A DNA stretch of 64,000 nucleotides from contig JBHGNT010000007.1 of the NCBI GenBank assembly GCA_043228905.1, positions 4,588,001 through 4,652,000 on the forward strand, in the 5' to 3' direction. This document shows positions 33,671-45,663 of the stretch, piece after piece (within the stretch, counting starts at the first letter, position 1; the number at the start of each line of letters is the position of its first letter). The translations under genes and the position numbers were made by a program. This DNA is from Azolla caroliniana (Eukaryota > Plantae > Polypodiophyta). Under the pieces are notes generated by a model. That model had not been told where the DNA came from. It saw nothing but the letters and a program-made list of their open reading frames with translations, and did no database searches.

Positions 33671-36600
33671 TAGTTGAACACCATCAAACACATCAGCACA
33701 TTCATGGGGTATGTGAATCAACTTGTTGCAACCAAGTTTCCCCTAGATGATGTGATACAGGTCATTCTGCTAATGTGCACAATGCCAGATAGCTGGAAGA
33801 ACCTGCTGGTTACTCTCAACACCTCTTGTCAAGAAAAGAACTTGTCTGTACAAACCGCATCCTAAATGAGGAGGCAAGGAGGAAGGACAAGGGAGTCCTG
33901 TCCCAGTCGGAGTCGAATGTAACACAACATTCGGACATAGGAAGGAACCGGCAAAGAAGTCCACAAAGGAGAGAAAAGTCCCAAGCCAGATCGAAGTCCA
34001 GAGGTAAGCTAGTGTGCTTTTACTATGGTAAACCTGGACACTTCCAGAAGGACTGCCGATACATGAGAAAAGACAAGGGTGTCGGAAACAATGTCGAACC
34101 CAGGAAGATTCCTGATGAGAAGAACACTTCTGCCATTGCTACAAGCAATGAAGAACTGTTGTTCATCTGTGAATAGACAAGTGCAAATCTTGCAAGTGAA
34201 GATTGCACTTGGGTGATCAATTCTGGGGCATTGTTTCACATAACTCCGTTGAGAGAGTATTTCTCGACTTACATAGCCGGAGATCACGGTTATGTAAAAA
34301 TGGGTGATAGTGGAGAGTGCAAGATAGCCGAAGTCGGAAATGTCTGCTTGACGACGTCGACAGGGTGTCGACTGACTCTGAACAATGTTCGACATGTCCC
34401 CGATATCATATTGAATCTGATATTGAATAGAAGGTTAGATGACGAAGGCTATAGTGGTAGTTTTCGGAATGGCAAGTGGAAGTTCTGCCGAGGAAATCTT
34501 ATAGTGGCATGTGCACAGAAAGAAGGCACATTATATATTATGTATGTCCAACTGTGCAAATCGGAAGTAAATGTGGTAGCCGACTCGAGAGGAGAGATAT
34601 GGCATAAGATTCTAGGCCACATGAGTGAGAAAGGAATGCACCTGCTAGCCGACCAAGAACTTCTACCAAAAGTCAAGGGAGTGCACCTGGAGAAGTGTGT
34701 CGACTGCTTAATCAGAAAGCAAAACATATCAGCATTCCACACAAGACCACCAAGAAGAAGAGAAGTTGCACTGGAACTAGTACACATGGATGTGTGCGAT
34801 GTAGATGCTCCATCGCATTGAGGTGGACAATACTTTGTGATGTTCATCGATAACTATAGTCGGAAGACATGGGCCTTCGTATTGATGTCGAAGATCAAGT
34901 ATTGTCGGTTGAACTGAACGAGAGTCAAGTCAAAGTTGAAGGTTGTTCGAACCGACAATGGTGGCGAGTATAGAGGGAAATTCGAGGAATACTACAAGTG
35001 CCAAGGTATTCGGATCGAATACACAATGCCAAAGACCCCAAAGTTGAACGGGCTTGCAAAGAGGATGAATCAAACAATCATGGAGAGGGTGAGGAGCATG
35101 CTCTCTCATGCGAAACTGCCGAAATCCTATTGGGTTGAGGTGATGTACACATTTGTTTATCTTATCCACAAGTCTCCCTTAGTACTGTTAAAGGGTGATG
35201 TCCCACAAAGAGTGTGGACAAGGAATGATCTCTCCTACCAACACCCGAGGGTGTTCAGATGTTTGGGGTATATGCATGTACTAAAGGATCAAAGGTCAAA
35301 GCTCAGCAATAAGTCAAAAGCATGCATATTCATGGGATACTCGGAAAATGAGTTCGGTTATATGTTATGGGACCTAGTCGACAAGAAGGTAGTGAGAAGT
35401 CGGGATGTAGTCTTTCTTGAAGATAAGACGATTGAAGACTGGAAGCAACAGAAGTCAGATACGACTCCCCAATCAACCCCGAGTATCATCGATCGAAGGT
35501 TTAGTGAACCGACAATGTCGGCTGTTCGGAGATGGCTAGTCGGCACAACCGAATCCAAGTCGATCGACCCGGAGAGACCGACCGACTATGAGTCAGAGTT
35601 GGCAGAGCTGCTAAGGTCAATTGAAGAGTATGAGTTGGAGTTGTCCAACCTGGAGATGTTGATTGACGTGCAGGAACCCGAGTGGAGAGAAGAGTTGGCA
35701 GAGACATCCGAAAGAGAGCCAACAACGAGTGGAAGGAGATACCCACTCAGAGAAAGGAAAGCACCAACAACATATGCCAGTCAATACATCCTCTTGACTG
35801 ATGAAGGTGAACCGGAGTGCTATGAAGAAGCCATTGCCGACAAGCATAGAGAGAAATGGATGAGCGTTGTCGTGAAGAATGTGCTTCACGATATAAGTTC
35901 ATTTGAACCCACAACCTTATAAACCAAGCACAATGTATATACCACTAGGGTAGGCTATTTGTTTTTAGAAATTTTGTTAAGAATTTGCTTCACTATATAA
36001 GAATAAACTTAAATATTGTATTAAGTAAAGTTGAGGGACTTGAACCCTCAACCTTGTATATCAAGCACAAAGCATGCGCCACTAAGCTAGGTTATTTGTT
36101 TTACGGTTATATCCATCATTATACTTATCACATATATATTTTCATACATGGGAGCTCAAATGAGCATGATGGCTATCATGCATCACATGCAATGCATGTG
36201 CGCCAAATGGCGATCATGCATCACATGTCACTCATGCATTACATGCATGCCATTGCCATATGCATGGAAATACTTATAAAAAGAGGGGAAAGGAAAACAA
36301 AAGGGAATCAAGAAAAGAAAGTTAGAGAAATGATATGATCAAACAAACAAGTCAGCTCATTTTGGAAGAGGCTTGTGTTTCGAAGTTGGAGTCAAGGGTT
36401 CAAATCTAGAATTCAGCAAAAGAAAAGTCAAATCTTGTGATCGACATTATAACTTCGGTAAAACCTTGTGTTGCTAATATAAAGCTTGTTCTTATAATAC
36501 ATTTTCGCTTCTTAAATCATACATTGTCTCTGTCATCTTATCTATGCTCTCTCTCTCACACACATTACTTTTAATTCTTCTTCTTCTTATCCTTAATCTT

Positions 36601-38774
36601 TCTAACATCAACGCACAAGCCTTATTAAAATTTACCCAACTCCCTTTAACCTTGGTCCCTACAACTTCGTCGCACGAACAACAACTACCCCGACAACGCG
36701 ATGCAAGATGAGTTGGAATCCTTGCACGAGAATTACACCTACGACCTGGTAGAGCTGCCAAAAGGTAAGAGAGCACTCAGGAATAAATGGGTCTACAAGG
36801 TGAAGACTGGAGAAGCTGACAGTGAGCCCAGGTATAAAGCCCGCATAGTGGTGAAGGGTTTTCAACGGAAAAAGGGCGTCGAATTCCACGAAATATTCGC
36901 ACCAGTCGTGAAGATGACATCCATTTGAATTGTTCTGAGTATAGCGGCCAGTATGGACCTGGAGATCGAACATTTGGATGTCAAATCCGCATTCCTGCAC
37001 GGGGAGCTAGAAGAAGAAATCTACATGCAGCAACTTGAAGGCTTTGAGGAGAAAGGGAAAGAGAACCTAGTGTGTCAACTGAAGAAAAGCTTGTATGGTT
37101 TGAAACAAGCTCCACGCCAATGGTACAAGAAGTTCGAGTCCTTCATGATGGAGCACCGGTTCCAGAAAACACTAGTTGATCACTGTGTGTTCGTCAAAAG
37201 GCACGAAGAAGGAGACTTCTTGATTCTCTTGTTATATGTTGATGACATGTTGATAGTCGGTCAAGACACAAGGAAGATCAGAAGCTTGAAGAAAGCTCTA
37301 GGCAGGTCGTTTGCCATTAAAGACCTTGCACCGGCTAAACAAATCTTAGGAATGTACATAGTTCGAGACAGAACTCAAAAGGTGTTATGGTTCTCACAAC
37401 AAAAGTATGTGACGAAGATCCTAGAAAGGTTCAACATGCCGGACGCAAAGCTGGTCGGCTCGATGTTGCGGACAAATTGCAGGTTGAATGCGAAGCAGTG
37501 CCCGAAAGGGGAGAAGGAGAAGGCCGAGATGAGGAAGGTACCATATGCCTTGGCCGTCGGCAGTCTAATGTACGTTATGATCTGTACGAGACCAAACATA
37601 GCATTTGTTGTGGGCGCAATAAGCCGATATATGAGTAATCCAAGAAGAGAACATTGGGTAGCGGTGAAGTGGATACTCAAGTACTTAAAAGGCACCTCAG
37701 GGGTGTGGCTAGGGTATGGTGTCAGAAAGCCTATGCTAGAAGGTTTTACCGACTCGGACATGTCAGGAGATGTAGACTCAAGTTGATCCACGTCGGGTAC
37801 GTGATGACCTATGGAGCGGGAGCAATGTCATGGCAATAACGACTGCAGAAATCTGTAGCCTTGTCGACTACAAAGGCAGAGTATATGGCAGTGGTAGAGG
37901 CCAACAAAGAGCTGAACTAGATGAGAAATTTTCTCAACGAGCTAGGGATGAAGCAGAGGGAGTTCTTGCTTCACTGTGACAGCTAGAGTGCCATACATCT
38001 TGCCAAGAATGTTGAATATCACTCCCAGACCAAGCACATACAGAGAAGGTATCACTGGTTGCGGGAGAAAGTCGAAGAAGGAAAGTTTACACTTGTGAAT
38101 ATCCACACGGATAACAATGGATCCGACATGCTCATGAAGAACCTACCTATGGACAGACTTAGAGTCTGTCGACAGAAGACAGGATTGACTGACTCCCGCC
38201 CACAGGAGTGAGGGGGGATTTTGTTGGGGATATGTCCCTCCAGTGGGAGAAACCGATTGTTCAGAAGTAGCCGACCGTCAAAGAGTTGAAGGAACCGACT
38301 GTTCGGAAATAGCCAACAACTGATAGTCGAAGAGTCGACAATAGAGAGTCGATTATTTATACATATTATTATTATTATTATATTAATAATAATAGTAATG
38401 ATATGTAGCAGTGGCTACAATTGTAAATAGTCCACACGATGTATCAGTATATATATACATCTAGGGCAAACATAGTAACTGTCTAACGACATATAGAAGT
38501 GTGCATAAGAGAGACGCAAGAAGAGAGAGAGAGAGCAGCGCCATAGTTGTGTGCGTAACAGCTGACGCCAAGAACCCTGTGAGGGTGATACACTCAGAAA
38601 GAGTGTTGTAACCTCTGTCTTGTATATCCACTATATAGTGAAGCTTACTCTCTCATGGTTTTCTCCCGTTTTTAGGGTTTCCACGTAAATCTCTATGTAT
38701 TGTGTCGTTGTGTGCCTATGTAGTGTATTTTCAGCATTGTTTGATCTTGTGGTTTTACGAATCGATTCTCAACA
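33671..38774 (+). mobile_element. 5'-truncated, decayed Ty1/Copia element F with 3' LTR 38222-38774
   Basis: Gag knuckle GKPGHFQKDC, PR, INT VVRTDNGGEY, RT LLLYVDDMLIVG, RH, PPT GAGGGGGGA at 38210, LTR TGTTGG...TCAACA. Confidence 0.9.
35868..36695 (+). repeat. Solo LTR of the A/C Gypsy lineage inserted in Copia F
   Basis: Termini TGTCGTGAAGAA...ACCCCGACA match element A; the host reading WMS-AMQDE resumes across it; 4-bp TSD GCGT/ACGC (ancestral GCGC). Confidence 0.85.
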
Positions 38775-39153
38775 CAAACCAGGTCCTCAATCTAAGACAG
38801 CTCGTAACACTCGTCGTCTTAGGGGGGGGGGGGGGTAGTGTCATGGTATAGCATGGTATGACTTCAAAAGGATTTGAACCCATGACATTGTGTCACATGG
38901 GTTAAAGCACTACCATTAAGTTATACATTGTAATCCAAAAAATTTGTTTTCATTTATTATTTCACCTAGGAAATCCATGTATATTCTAGATTTCTCGAGA
39001 ACATTCTAGAAATGTCAAGAATACTCCTAAGCACACTATAAAAAGAGGCACATGGCATTATTGAGAACCAATTCAGTTCAACGCTAGTCTTAAGCCTCCT
39101 AGTTGTTCTTGTATCTTTCTTCATATAATATAATATACTTCTTGTTGTCATCA

Positions 39154-39185
<32 letters not shown>
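38775..39185 (+). mobile_element. Older chromovirus relative: pol end, PPT and 3' LTR (from 38839), interrupted in its (CT)n tract; the LTR may resume near 46800
   Basis: AAACCAGGTCCTCAATC...poly-G-TAG-TGTCAT parallels 45278-45341; LTR similar to 40028-40350. Confidence 0.8.
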
Positions 39186-39187
<2 letters not shown>

Positions 39188-39257
39188 GTAAATATCCCAT
39201 TTTTTGTTGTAAACCATTTGTCTCATGGGCCAATTTTGGCCTTAGAAGACGTTAATA

Positions 39258-39260
<3 letters not shown>
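39186..39260 (+). mobile_element. Very short 5'-truncated LINE 3' end with a (TCTT)n tail
   Basis: Near-identical to 46662-46737 (GGGTAA.TATCCCATTTTTTGTTGTAAACC...GAAGACGTTAATAT). Confidence 0.7.
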
Positions 39261-39290
<30 letters not shown>

Positions 39291-40317
39291 CTTTCTTTCT
39301 TTCTCTTTCTTTCTCTCTCTCTACAAAGTTTCTTACAAGTTAAGAAACAAACGCCCTACACCCTCCTCCTCCTTGAGACGAGATCGCATTGAGATCATGG
39401 CCATGGAAAGGGTTGTTGAATACATGCTTAAGGTTCCAAAAAACCCCTCACATCGACTTCCTAGAATTGCATGGGAAGCAAGCAAAAAGATCCAAAAGAC
39501 GCATAAAAGCAAAATTATGTGTTCTGGTTGGATGCAAGATTTAGAAAATGGTTTGGTAGATGGGATGCAAGACACTTGCTTCATGATGCGTCACTAGATT
39601 CGTCTGTAAATGAGGCCTTTCTGAAACGCCAATGTATCATGACATGGGACAAATGTGGTGGCTCACGCTTCACACATTATACTACAAATGTTGCACCTAA
39701 CTACAAAACCATATTCTTCGCAAAACGGGGAAGCCGTACACATCAATACATGTTAGAGCTCATCCCGATATCTGCCATTCGAACCATTGTTTCCATGCGA
39801 CTTAGCTCGCATGCATTGAGATGTGAGACGGAGCGTTGGGGCACAAGTGATGAGAGTGGCCAACTATGCACACTTTGCCCTAAACAAGTTCGAGAGTCTC
39901 AGTATCACACTTTGATACAATGCTCTGCCTTTGATCATATTCGACCATGCTTTCCACATCTCTTCGATCGAGCCCAATCCTTGCACGAATTTCTCTCACA
40001 ACCACAATGTGCACTCTCGATTGCAACTGTCATAACTAGACTCGAACCCATAACCTTTTGTTACACGGGTCGAGACTTTACCATTAGGTTATAAATTGTA
40101 ATTTGAAGGATATTATTTTCATTTAGGTTTTATTGGGAAATTGATGTATATTCCAGATTTCTCTGGAACATTCTAGAAACTTCAGGAGTATTCCTGAAGA
40201 CACTATAAAAGGAGGCGCAAGGCATTAGTTCGAACCAAATCGGTTCAACGCCAGTCTTAAGCCTTCTAACTATTGTTGTATATCTTCCTTCATATAATAC
40301 ATATACCTTTCGCATCA

Positions 40318-40355
<38 letters not shown>

Positions 40356-40589
40356 ACCCATTCCTTCTCTCAAAGTTCGACACCTCTCATAGTACTAATC
40401 CTTCTCTGTCTTAGTACTATTCCCCGACAATAGTACTAATCCTTCTTTTAGTACTAATTCCTTCTCTGCCTTAATAGAGTTCCTGACAGTTTGAACCGAT
40501 TTTTCGGTGCCTGTCTGGTCTTTTCTCTCCCTCTTCCTTCTGTCTCCCTCCTTTCCTATTAGTCTCTTATTTTCCTTTTCCTTCATCCC

Positions 40590-41759
40590 ATGGCCACCGT
40601 TAGCGCTGAAGAGTATCAATCCGTTTTCTCGGAATTTCAATGCTTGAAAGAGAAGTTTCATGCTTTGGAACAAGAAAATCAACGCTTGTTGGGGGATCTT
40701 CAGCAAATTTCCTTAGAAAAGCAGCAAACGCAACAACAGCATGGGGAACTTGCGTTACGCGTGCAACAACTCGAAGCAACCATCGTAGCAATGCAACAAC
40801 AAGGGCACGGAGCACAAGGGATTCATAAAGAACCCAAGATTGGCCTTCCCACGAAGTTTGATGGAACGCGATCGCAGTTTAGAGGGTTTCTTAACCAGGT
40901 ACGGTTAGTTATTCAAATGCATCCGTCCCGATATCCCACCGATGCATCACGAGTGGGTTTAGTAGGCACGTTGTTAAATGGCTCAGCATTAGCATGGTTC
41001 GCTCCGCTACTAGAAAAGGAATCTCCAGTACTAAATAATTTTGAAGAATTCATAAATGAGTTTAAAGCATGTTTTGGAGATACTGACAGCATAAGGACTG
41101 CAATCAACAAAATCCGGCGATTACGCCAAGGTGACCGTCCAGCCTCCGCATATGCTGCAGATTTCCGCCTACTCGCCGCCGATATCCCCTGGGATGATCA
41201 AGCATTGATGGAGCAGTTCCGCTATGGTCTACGCAACGATGTCAAGGATTTACTCTTGACTTTCCCTGAAGAGCCAAAATCATTAACAGAAGCAATCAGT
41301 CGAGCGGTCAGATGTGACAACCGCCTCTTCGAGCGACGTTCGGAACGACAATTTCAGATGCCGAGGGCAAGATCCGAGCCTACCTATGCCTCAGTGGTAG
41401 CAAAACCTTTTCAAAGGGAGTCACATAATGCGCCTCCAGTAAGTACTCCAACTCCAATGGAAATTGACACTACACGTCGTCGTGGGCCGCTATCGGAGGA
41501 GGAAAAGCAACGACGCCGAACAAACCGATTATGCCTTTATTGCGGTGGACCAGGGCATATCGCGATAAACTGTCCCCATAGACCAAGAAGGCAGGTAAAC
41601 CAAGTCGTTGTTAGTTCTGACTATACTAAACCCGAGTCTATTTCAGTAGGAATCTCTGATAGTCCTCATAGTCATAATAGTCCTAATAGTACTAATAGTC
41701 CGAATCTCGCAAACAAATTTGATGTCCTTAGCCAATTAGAAGAAGAGTTAAACGACTAA
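40590..41759 (+). CDS. Gag of the chromovirus (389 aa)
   Basis: PTKFDGTRSQFRGF, LRQGDRPASAY, TPMEID, CLYCGGPGHIAINC. Confidence 0.95.
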   Translation: MATVSAEEYQSVFSEFQCLKEKFHALEQENQRLLGDLQQISLEKQQTQQQHGELALRVQQLEATIVAMQQQGHGAQGIHKEPKIGLPTKFDGTRSQFRGFLNQVRLVIQMHPSRYPTDASRVGLVGTLLNGSALAWFAPLLEKESPVLNNFEEFINEFKACFGDTDSIRTAINKIRRLRQGDRPASAYAADFRLLAADIPWDDQALMEQFRYGLRNDVKDLLLTFPEEPKSLTEAISRAVRCDNRLFERRSERQFQMPRARSEPTYASVVAKPFQRESHNAPPVSTPTPMEIDTTRRRGPLSEEEKQRRRTNRLCLYCGGPGHIAINCPHRPRRQVNQVVVSSDYTKPESISVGISDSPHSHNSPNSTNSPNLANKFDVLSQLEEELND

Positions 41760-44700
41760 GTCCAGCCAAAATAGGAGCCGTTTGGTTGGACAGCCCTAGA
41801 TCTGTGCAGCCCATTAGTGGTTCCATTCCCTCTAAGCAAGTTAGTGATGTGTTCGTAGCCCAAGTAGCAGTTAGTACTAAAAGTACCCCTCCAGTACATA
41901 CCTTAGCCCTTCTAGATTCCGGAGCTAATTCTTGCTTCATGGATAGGAATTTTGCCCGAGCTCATCAGATATCTCTCAGAAAGCTCCCATGTCCAGCCTC
42001 AGTAGTAGTCATTGATGGTCGTCCCATTGCTTCTGGTAATATCATAGAAGAGTCGGAACCCGTTAATATTGTCCTAGATAACTTAACATGTGTAGTATCA
42101 TTTAATATTATTAGTATTCCAGAACATCCCATAGTTTTAGGATTACCATGGTTCGAGTTACATAACCCAGACATAGATTGGAGGACAAGGGAAATCCGGT
42201 TGCGACAAACCCAAGGATCTACCCAGAAGGTTGCAACCATTTCGCTACGTCAGTTGCGTGAGGAAGGGCGCAAGGAGGAAATGTTTCTCTTCGCAATATC
42301 AGTACAACCCTCCAGTACCACCAAAGAGGAGTCCACCGTTCAACTTCCCGAGAAGTATCGTCAGTATGCTGATGTGTTCGATAAAGTACAAGCCAACACA
42401 CTTCCTCATCATCGGCCGTACGATTGCGCCATCGACTTACAACCGGGAAAAGAGCCGCCATGGGGGCCGATCTACAATTTGTCACCAACCGAGCTAGAAG
42501 TCCTTCGAGCCTATATAGAGGAGAATTTGGAGAACGGTTTCATTCGGCATTCGAAATCTCCAGCCGGCGCACCCATTTTCTTCGTCAAGAAAAAAGATGG
42601 CTCGCTTCGACTCGTTGTAGATTACCGTGGCTTGAATAAGGTCACAGTAAGAAATAGGTATGCTCTTCCCCTTATCTCAAGTCTTTTAGAACGGATCAAC
42701 GGTGCCAGGTTCTTCACGAAGATCGACTTACGAGGAGCCTATAACCTCGTACGGATCCGACCAGGAGATGAATGGAAGACCGCGTTTCGCACCAGATATG
42801 GGCACTTCGAGTATACGGTCATGCCGTTCGGACTCACTAATGCGCCGGCAGTCTTCCAGCACATGGCGAATGATATATTTCGAGATCTCTTGGATGATTT
42901 TTTGATCATCTATTTGGATGATCTACTGGTTTATTCAAAGACCCAAGAAGAACATGATTCTCATGTACTATTAGTACTAAAACGACTTCGAGAACATGGT
43001 CTGTATGCAAAGTTAGAGAAATGTAGTTTCGGGTGCAATCAAGTGGAGTTTCTCGGCTATGTCATCTCCTCAGAAGGCATATCTATGGACCCAGCCAAGG
43101 TCAAAACGGTGATAGAATGGCACACTCCGCGTTCGGTGCGGGATGTGCAATGCTTCCTAGGCTTTGCAAATTTTTACCGGAAGTTCATACAAAATTACTC
43201 AAAAATTGTGCTGCCTCTCACACAGCTCACCAGGAAGGGACAATCATTCCTTTGGTCTAAAGAGACGGACATGGCTTTCGAGAGTCTTAAGAAGGCGTTT
43301 ACATCAGCTCCAATTTTAGGTCATGTGGATCCGGAAAAACCATTCATTATCGAAGCTGACGCATCGGATTTCGCATTGGGGAGCATTCTGTCACAACAGG
43401 GTAACGACGAGAAGCTACATCCTGTGGCTTTCCACTCCCGTAAGTTTGACGCCGCCGAAATCAACTACGAAATTCATGATAAAGAGCTATTAGCAATAGT
43501 TGATTCTTTTATGCAATGGAGGCATTTCCTGGAGGGATCTCCTCATCAGGTCACTGTATTCAGTGACCACAAGAACCTTGCCTACTTTCAAGATGCTCGT
43601 GTACTGAATCGACGTCAAGCTCGGTGGGCCCACTTCCTCACACGCTTCGACTTCAAAATTACATATCGTCCGGGGAAGCACCAAGGGAAGGCAGATGCAT
43701 TATCACGGCGTTCGTATCTAACACCACGTCCTGGTGAGCCAGCTTTCGATAACCAGAAGCAAGTAATCTTGGGTCCAGCACGACTGCAAGCAGCACAGGT
43801 CTTTGACATGCCCGTGGATTCCGACATTACCAATACTATACGTGAGGACTTGAAGACTGACGCTTTCGCCCAAGCTATACTAGCACAAATTGACCCCTCT
43901 CGAGCGTCATGTTCACAATCACAATCACCAGGTACGGATTATCGGCAATTCAAATACTGTGATGGATTACTCTTCTTTAAAGAACTTTTGTATGTTCCTA
44001 ATGGTTCTTGCCGCCTTCGAGTAGTACAAAACTGCCATGACACATATACAGCAGGACATTTTGGTAGTACTAAAACATTAGATTTAGTACAACGATCATT
44101 CTGGTGGCCCCGTATGCGACAATTTGTCGAAGATTTTGTTCGGACTTGCGATACATGCTGCAGAGCGAAAATGCCAAGACATCATCCATATGGTTTATTA
44201 GAACCATTACCAATTCCAAGCAAGCCATGGCAATCCATTGCTCTTGACTTCATTACAGATCTTCCAGTCTCCAAGGGATTCAGTGCGATTCTCACAGTGG
44301 TGGATCGATATACAAAGATGGCTCATTTCTTACCATGTACTAAAGAAATATCTAGTGAAGACACCGCCGAAATTGTCATGCGGGAAGTATGTCGGCATCA
44401 TGGACTCCCTGATAATATCATCAGCGATCGTGGACCTCAGTTTGTGTCAAAATTCTGGAAGCACCTTTTTAAAATGCTGAAGGTCACTTGTCACCTCTCC
44501 TCCGGCTACCACCCACAAACCGACGGTCAAGCTGAACGAACAAATCAAACACTGGAGCAGTATCTGCGGTGCTTTCTCAACTATCATCAGAATGACTGGG
44601 CAGATATTCTTCAGTTCGCCGAATTTGCCTATAATAACGCTATCCACGCATCGACTAAAGTCACGCCATTCTACGCTTATACAGGATATCATCCCCGGTG

Positions 44701-45343
44701 GTGTGTCCTTGAAACCCCAGAAGTGTCCACAAATCCTTGCGCGGAGGATCGTTTGGAGCGGTTACGCAAGATACAAGCGGATTTATCTACTCAACTCCAG
44801 CAAGCTCAACAATCACACAAGGACTACGCAGATCGTCATCGACTTCCATCCAGTTTTAACATTGGAGATCGGGTGTGGCTGCTACGACGACACATCAAGA
44901 CTACTCGCCCATGTGAGAAGTTGGATTATCGGCGATTAGGTCCTTTCCGTATTATCGGGAAGATTAATGATGTCGCTTTTCGTCTCGAGCTACCTCCGCA
45001 ACTTCGGATACATCCGGTGTTTCATAGTTCTCTCCTCGAACCCTATCACGAGAGCACTATCCCAGGACGTACTATACAACCACCACCTCCTATCGAGCTC
45101 GAAGATGGACCTGAGTATGAGGTCGCTGCCATCCTCGATTCCAAGATTGTTCGCAACAAGCTCTACTATCTAGTCGATTGGCTAGGATATAGTCCCAGCG
45201 AGCGTACTTGGGAACCGATCGAGAATGTGACCAATGCTCGTGCTCTTCTAGAAGACTTCCATCAACGATATCCCGAGAAACCGGGTCCTCAATCCAAAAC
45301 GACTCGTGGAACTCGTCGTTTTAAAGGGGGGATAGTGTCATAA
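41747..45343 (+). CDS. Pol (PR-RT-RH-INT-chromodomain), expressed by a predicted -1 frameshift
   Basis: ALLDSGA, YLDDLLV, EADASDFALG, GPF, chromodomain EYEVAAILDSK...YLVDWLGY...TWEP; heptamer GTTAAAC at 41747-41753. Confidence 0.95.
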   Translation, partial: VKRLSPAKIGAVWLDSPRSVQPISGSIPSKQVSDVFVAQVAVSTKSTPPVHTLALLDSGANSCFMDRNFARAHQISLRKLPCPASVVVIDGRPIASGNIIEESEPVNIVLDNLTCVVSFNIISIPEHPIVLGLPWFELHNPDIDWRTREIRLRQTQGSTQKVATISLRQLREEGRKEEMFLFAISVQPSSTTKEESTVQLPEKYRQYADVFDKVQANTLPHHRPYDCAIDLQPGKEPPWGPIYNLSPTELEVLRAYIEENLENGFIRHSKSPAGAPIFFVKKKDGSLRLVVDYRGLNKVTVRNRYALPLISSLLERINGARFFTKIDLRGAYNLVRIRPGDEWKTAFRTRYGHFEYTVMPFGLTNAPAVFQHMANDIFRDLLDDFLIIYLDDLLVYSKTQEEHDSHVLLVLKRLREHGLYAKLEKCSFGCNQVEFLGYVISSEGISMDPAKVKTVIEWHTPRSVRDVQCFLGFANFYRKFIQNYSKIVLPLTQLTRKGQSFLWSKETDMAFESLKKAFTSAPILGHVDPEKPFIIEADASDFALGSILSQQGNDEKLHPVAFHSRKFDAAEINYEIHDKELLAIVDSFMQWRHFLEGSPHQVTVFSDHKNLAYFQDARVLNRRQARWAHFLTRFDFKITYRPGKHQGKADALSRRSYLTPRPGEPAFDNQKQVILGPARLQAAQVFDMPVDSDITNTIREDLKTDAFAQAILAQIDPSRASCSQSQSPGTDYRQFKYCDGLLFFKELLYVPNGSCRLRVVQNCHDTYTAGHFGSTKTLDLVQRSFWWPRMRQFVEDFVRTCDTCCRAKMPRHHPYGLLEPLPIPSKPWQSIALDFITDLPVSKGFSAILTVVDRYTKMAHFLPCTKEISSEDTAEIVMREVCRHHGLPDNIISDRGPQFVSKFWKHLFKMLKVTCHLSSGYHPQTDGQAERTNQTLEQYLRCFLNYHQNDWADILQFAEFAYNNAIHASTKVTPFYAYTGYHPRWCVLETPEVSTNPCAEDRLERLRKIQADLSTQLQQAQQSHKDYADRHRLPSSFNIGDRVWLLRRHIKTTRPCEKLDYRRLGPFRIIGKINDVAFRLELPPQLRIHPVFHSSLLEPYHESTIPGRTIQPPPPIELEDGPEYEVAAILDSKIVRNKLYYLVDWLGYSPSERTWEPIENVTNARALLEDFHQRYPEKPGPQSKTTRGTRRFKGGIVS

Positions 45344-45625
45344 CTAGACTCGAACCCATAACCTTTTGTTACACGGGTCGAGACTTTACCATTAGGTTAT
45401 AAATTGTAATTTGAAGGATATTATTTTCATTTAGGTTTTATTGGGAAATTGATGTATATTCCAGATTTCTCTGGAACATTCTAGAAACTTCAGGAGTATT
45501 CCTGAAGACACTATAAAAGGAGGCGCAAGGCATTAGTTCGAACCAAATCGGTTCAACGCTAGTCTTAAGCCTTCTAACTACTGTTGTATATCTTCCTTCA
45601 TATAATACATATACCTTTCGCATCA

Positions 45626-45663
<38 letters not shown>

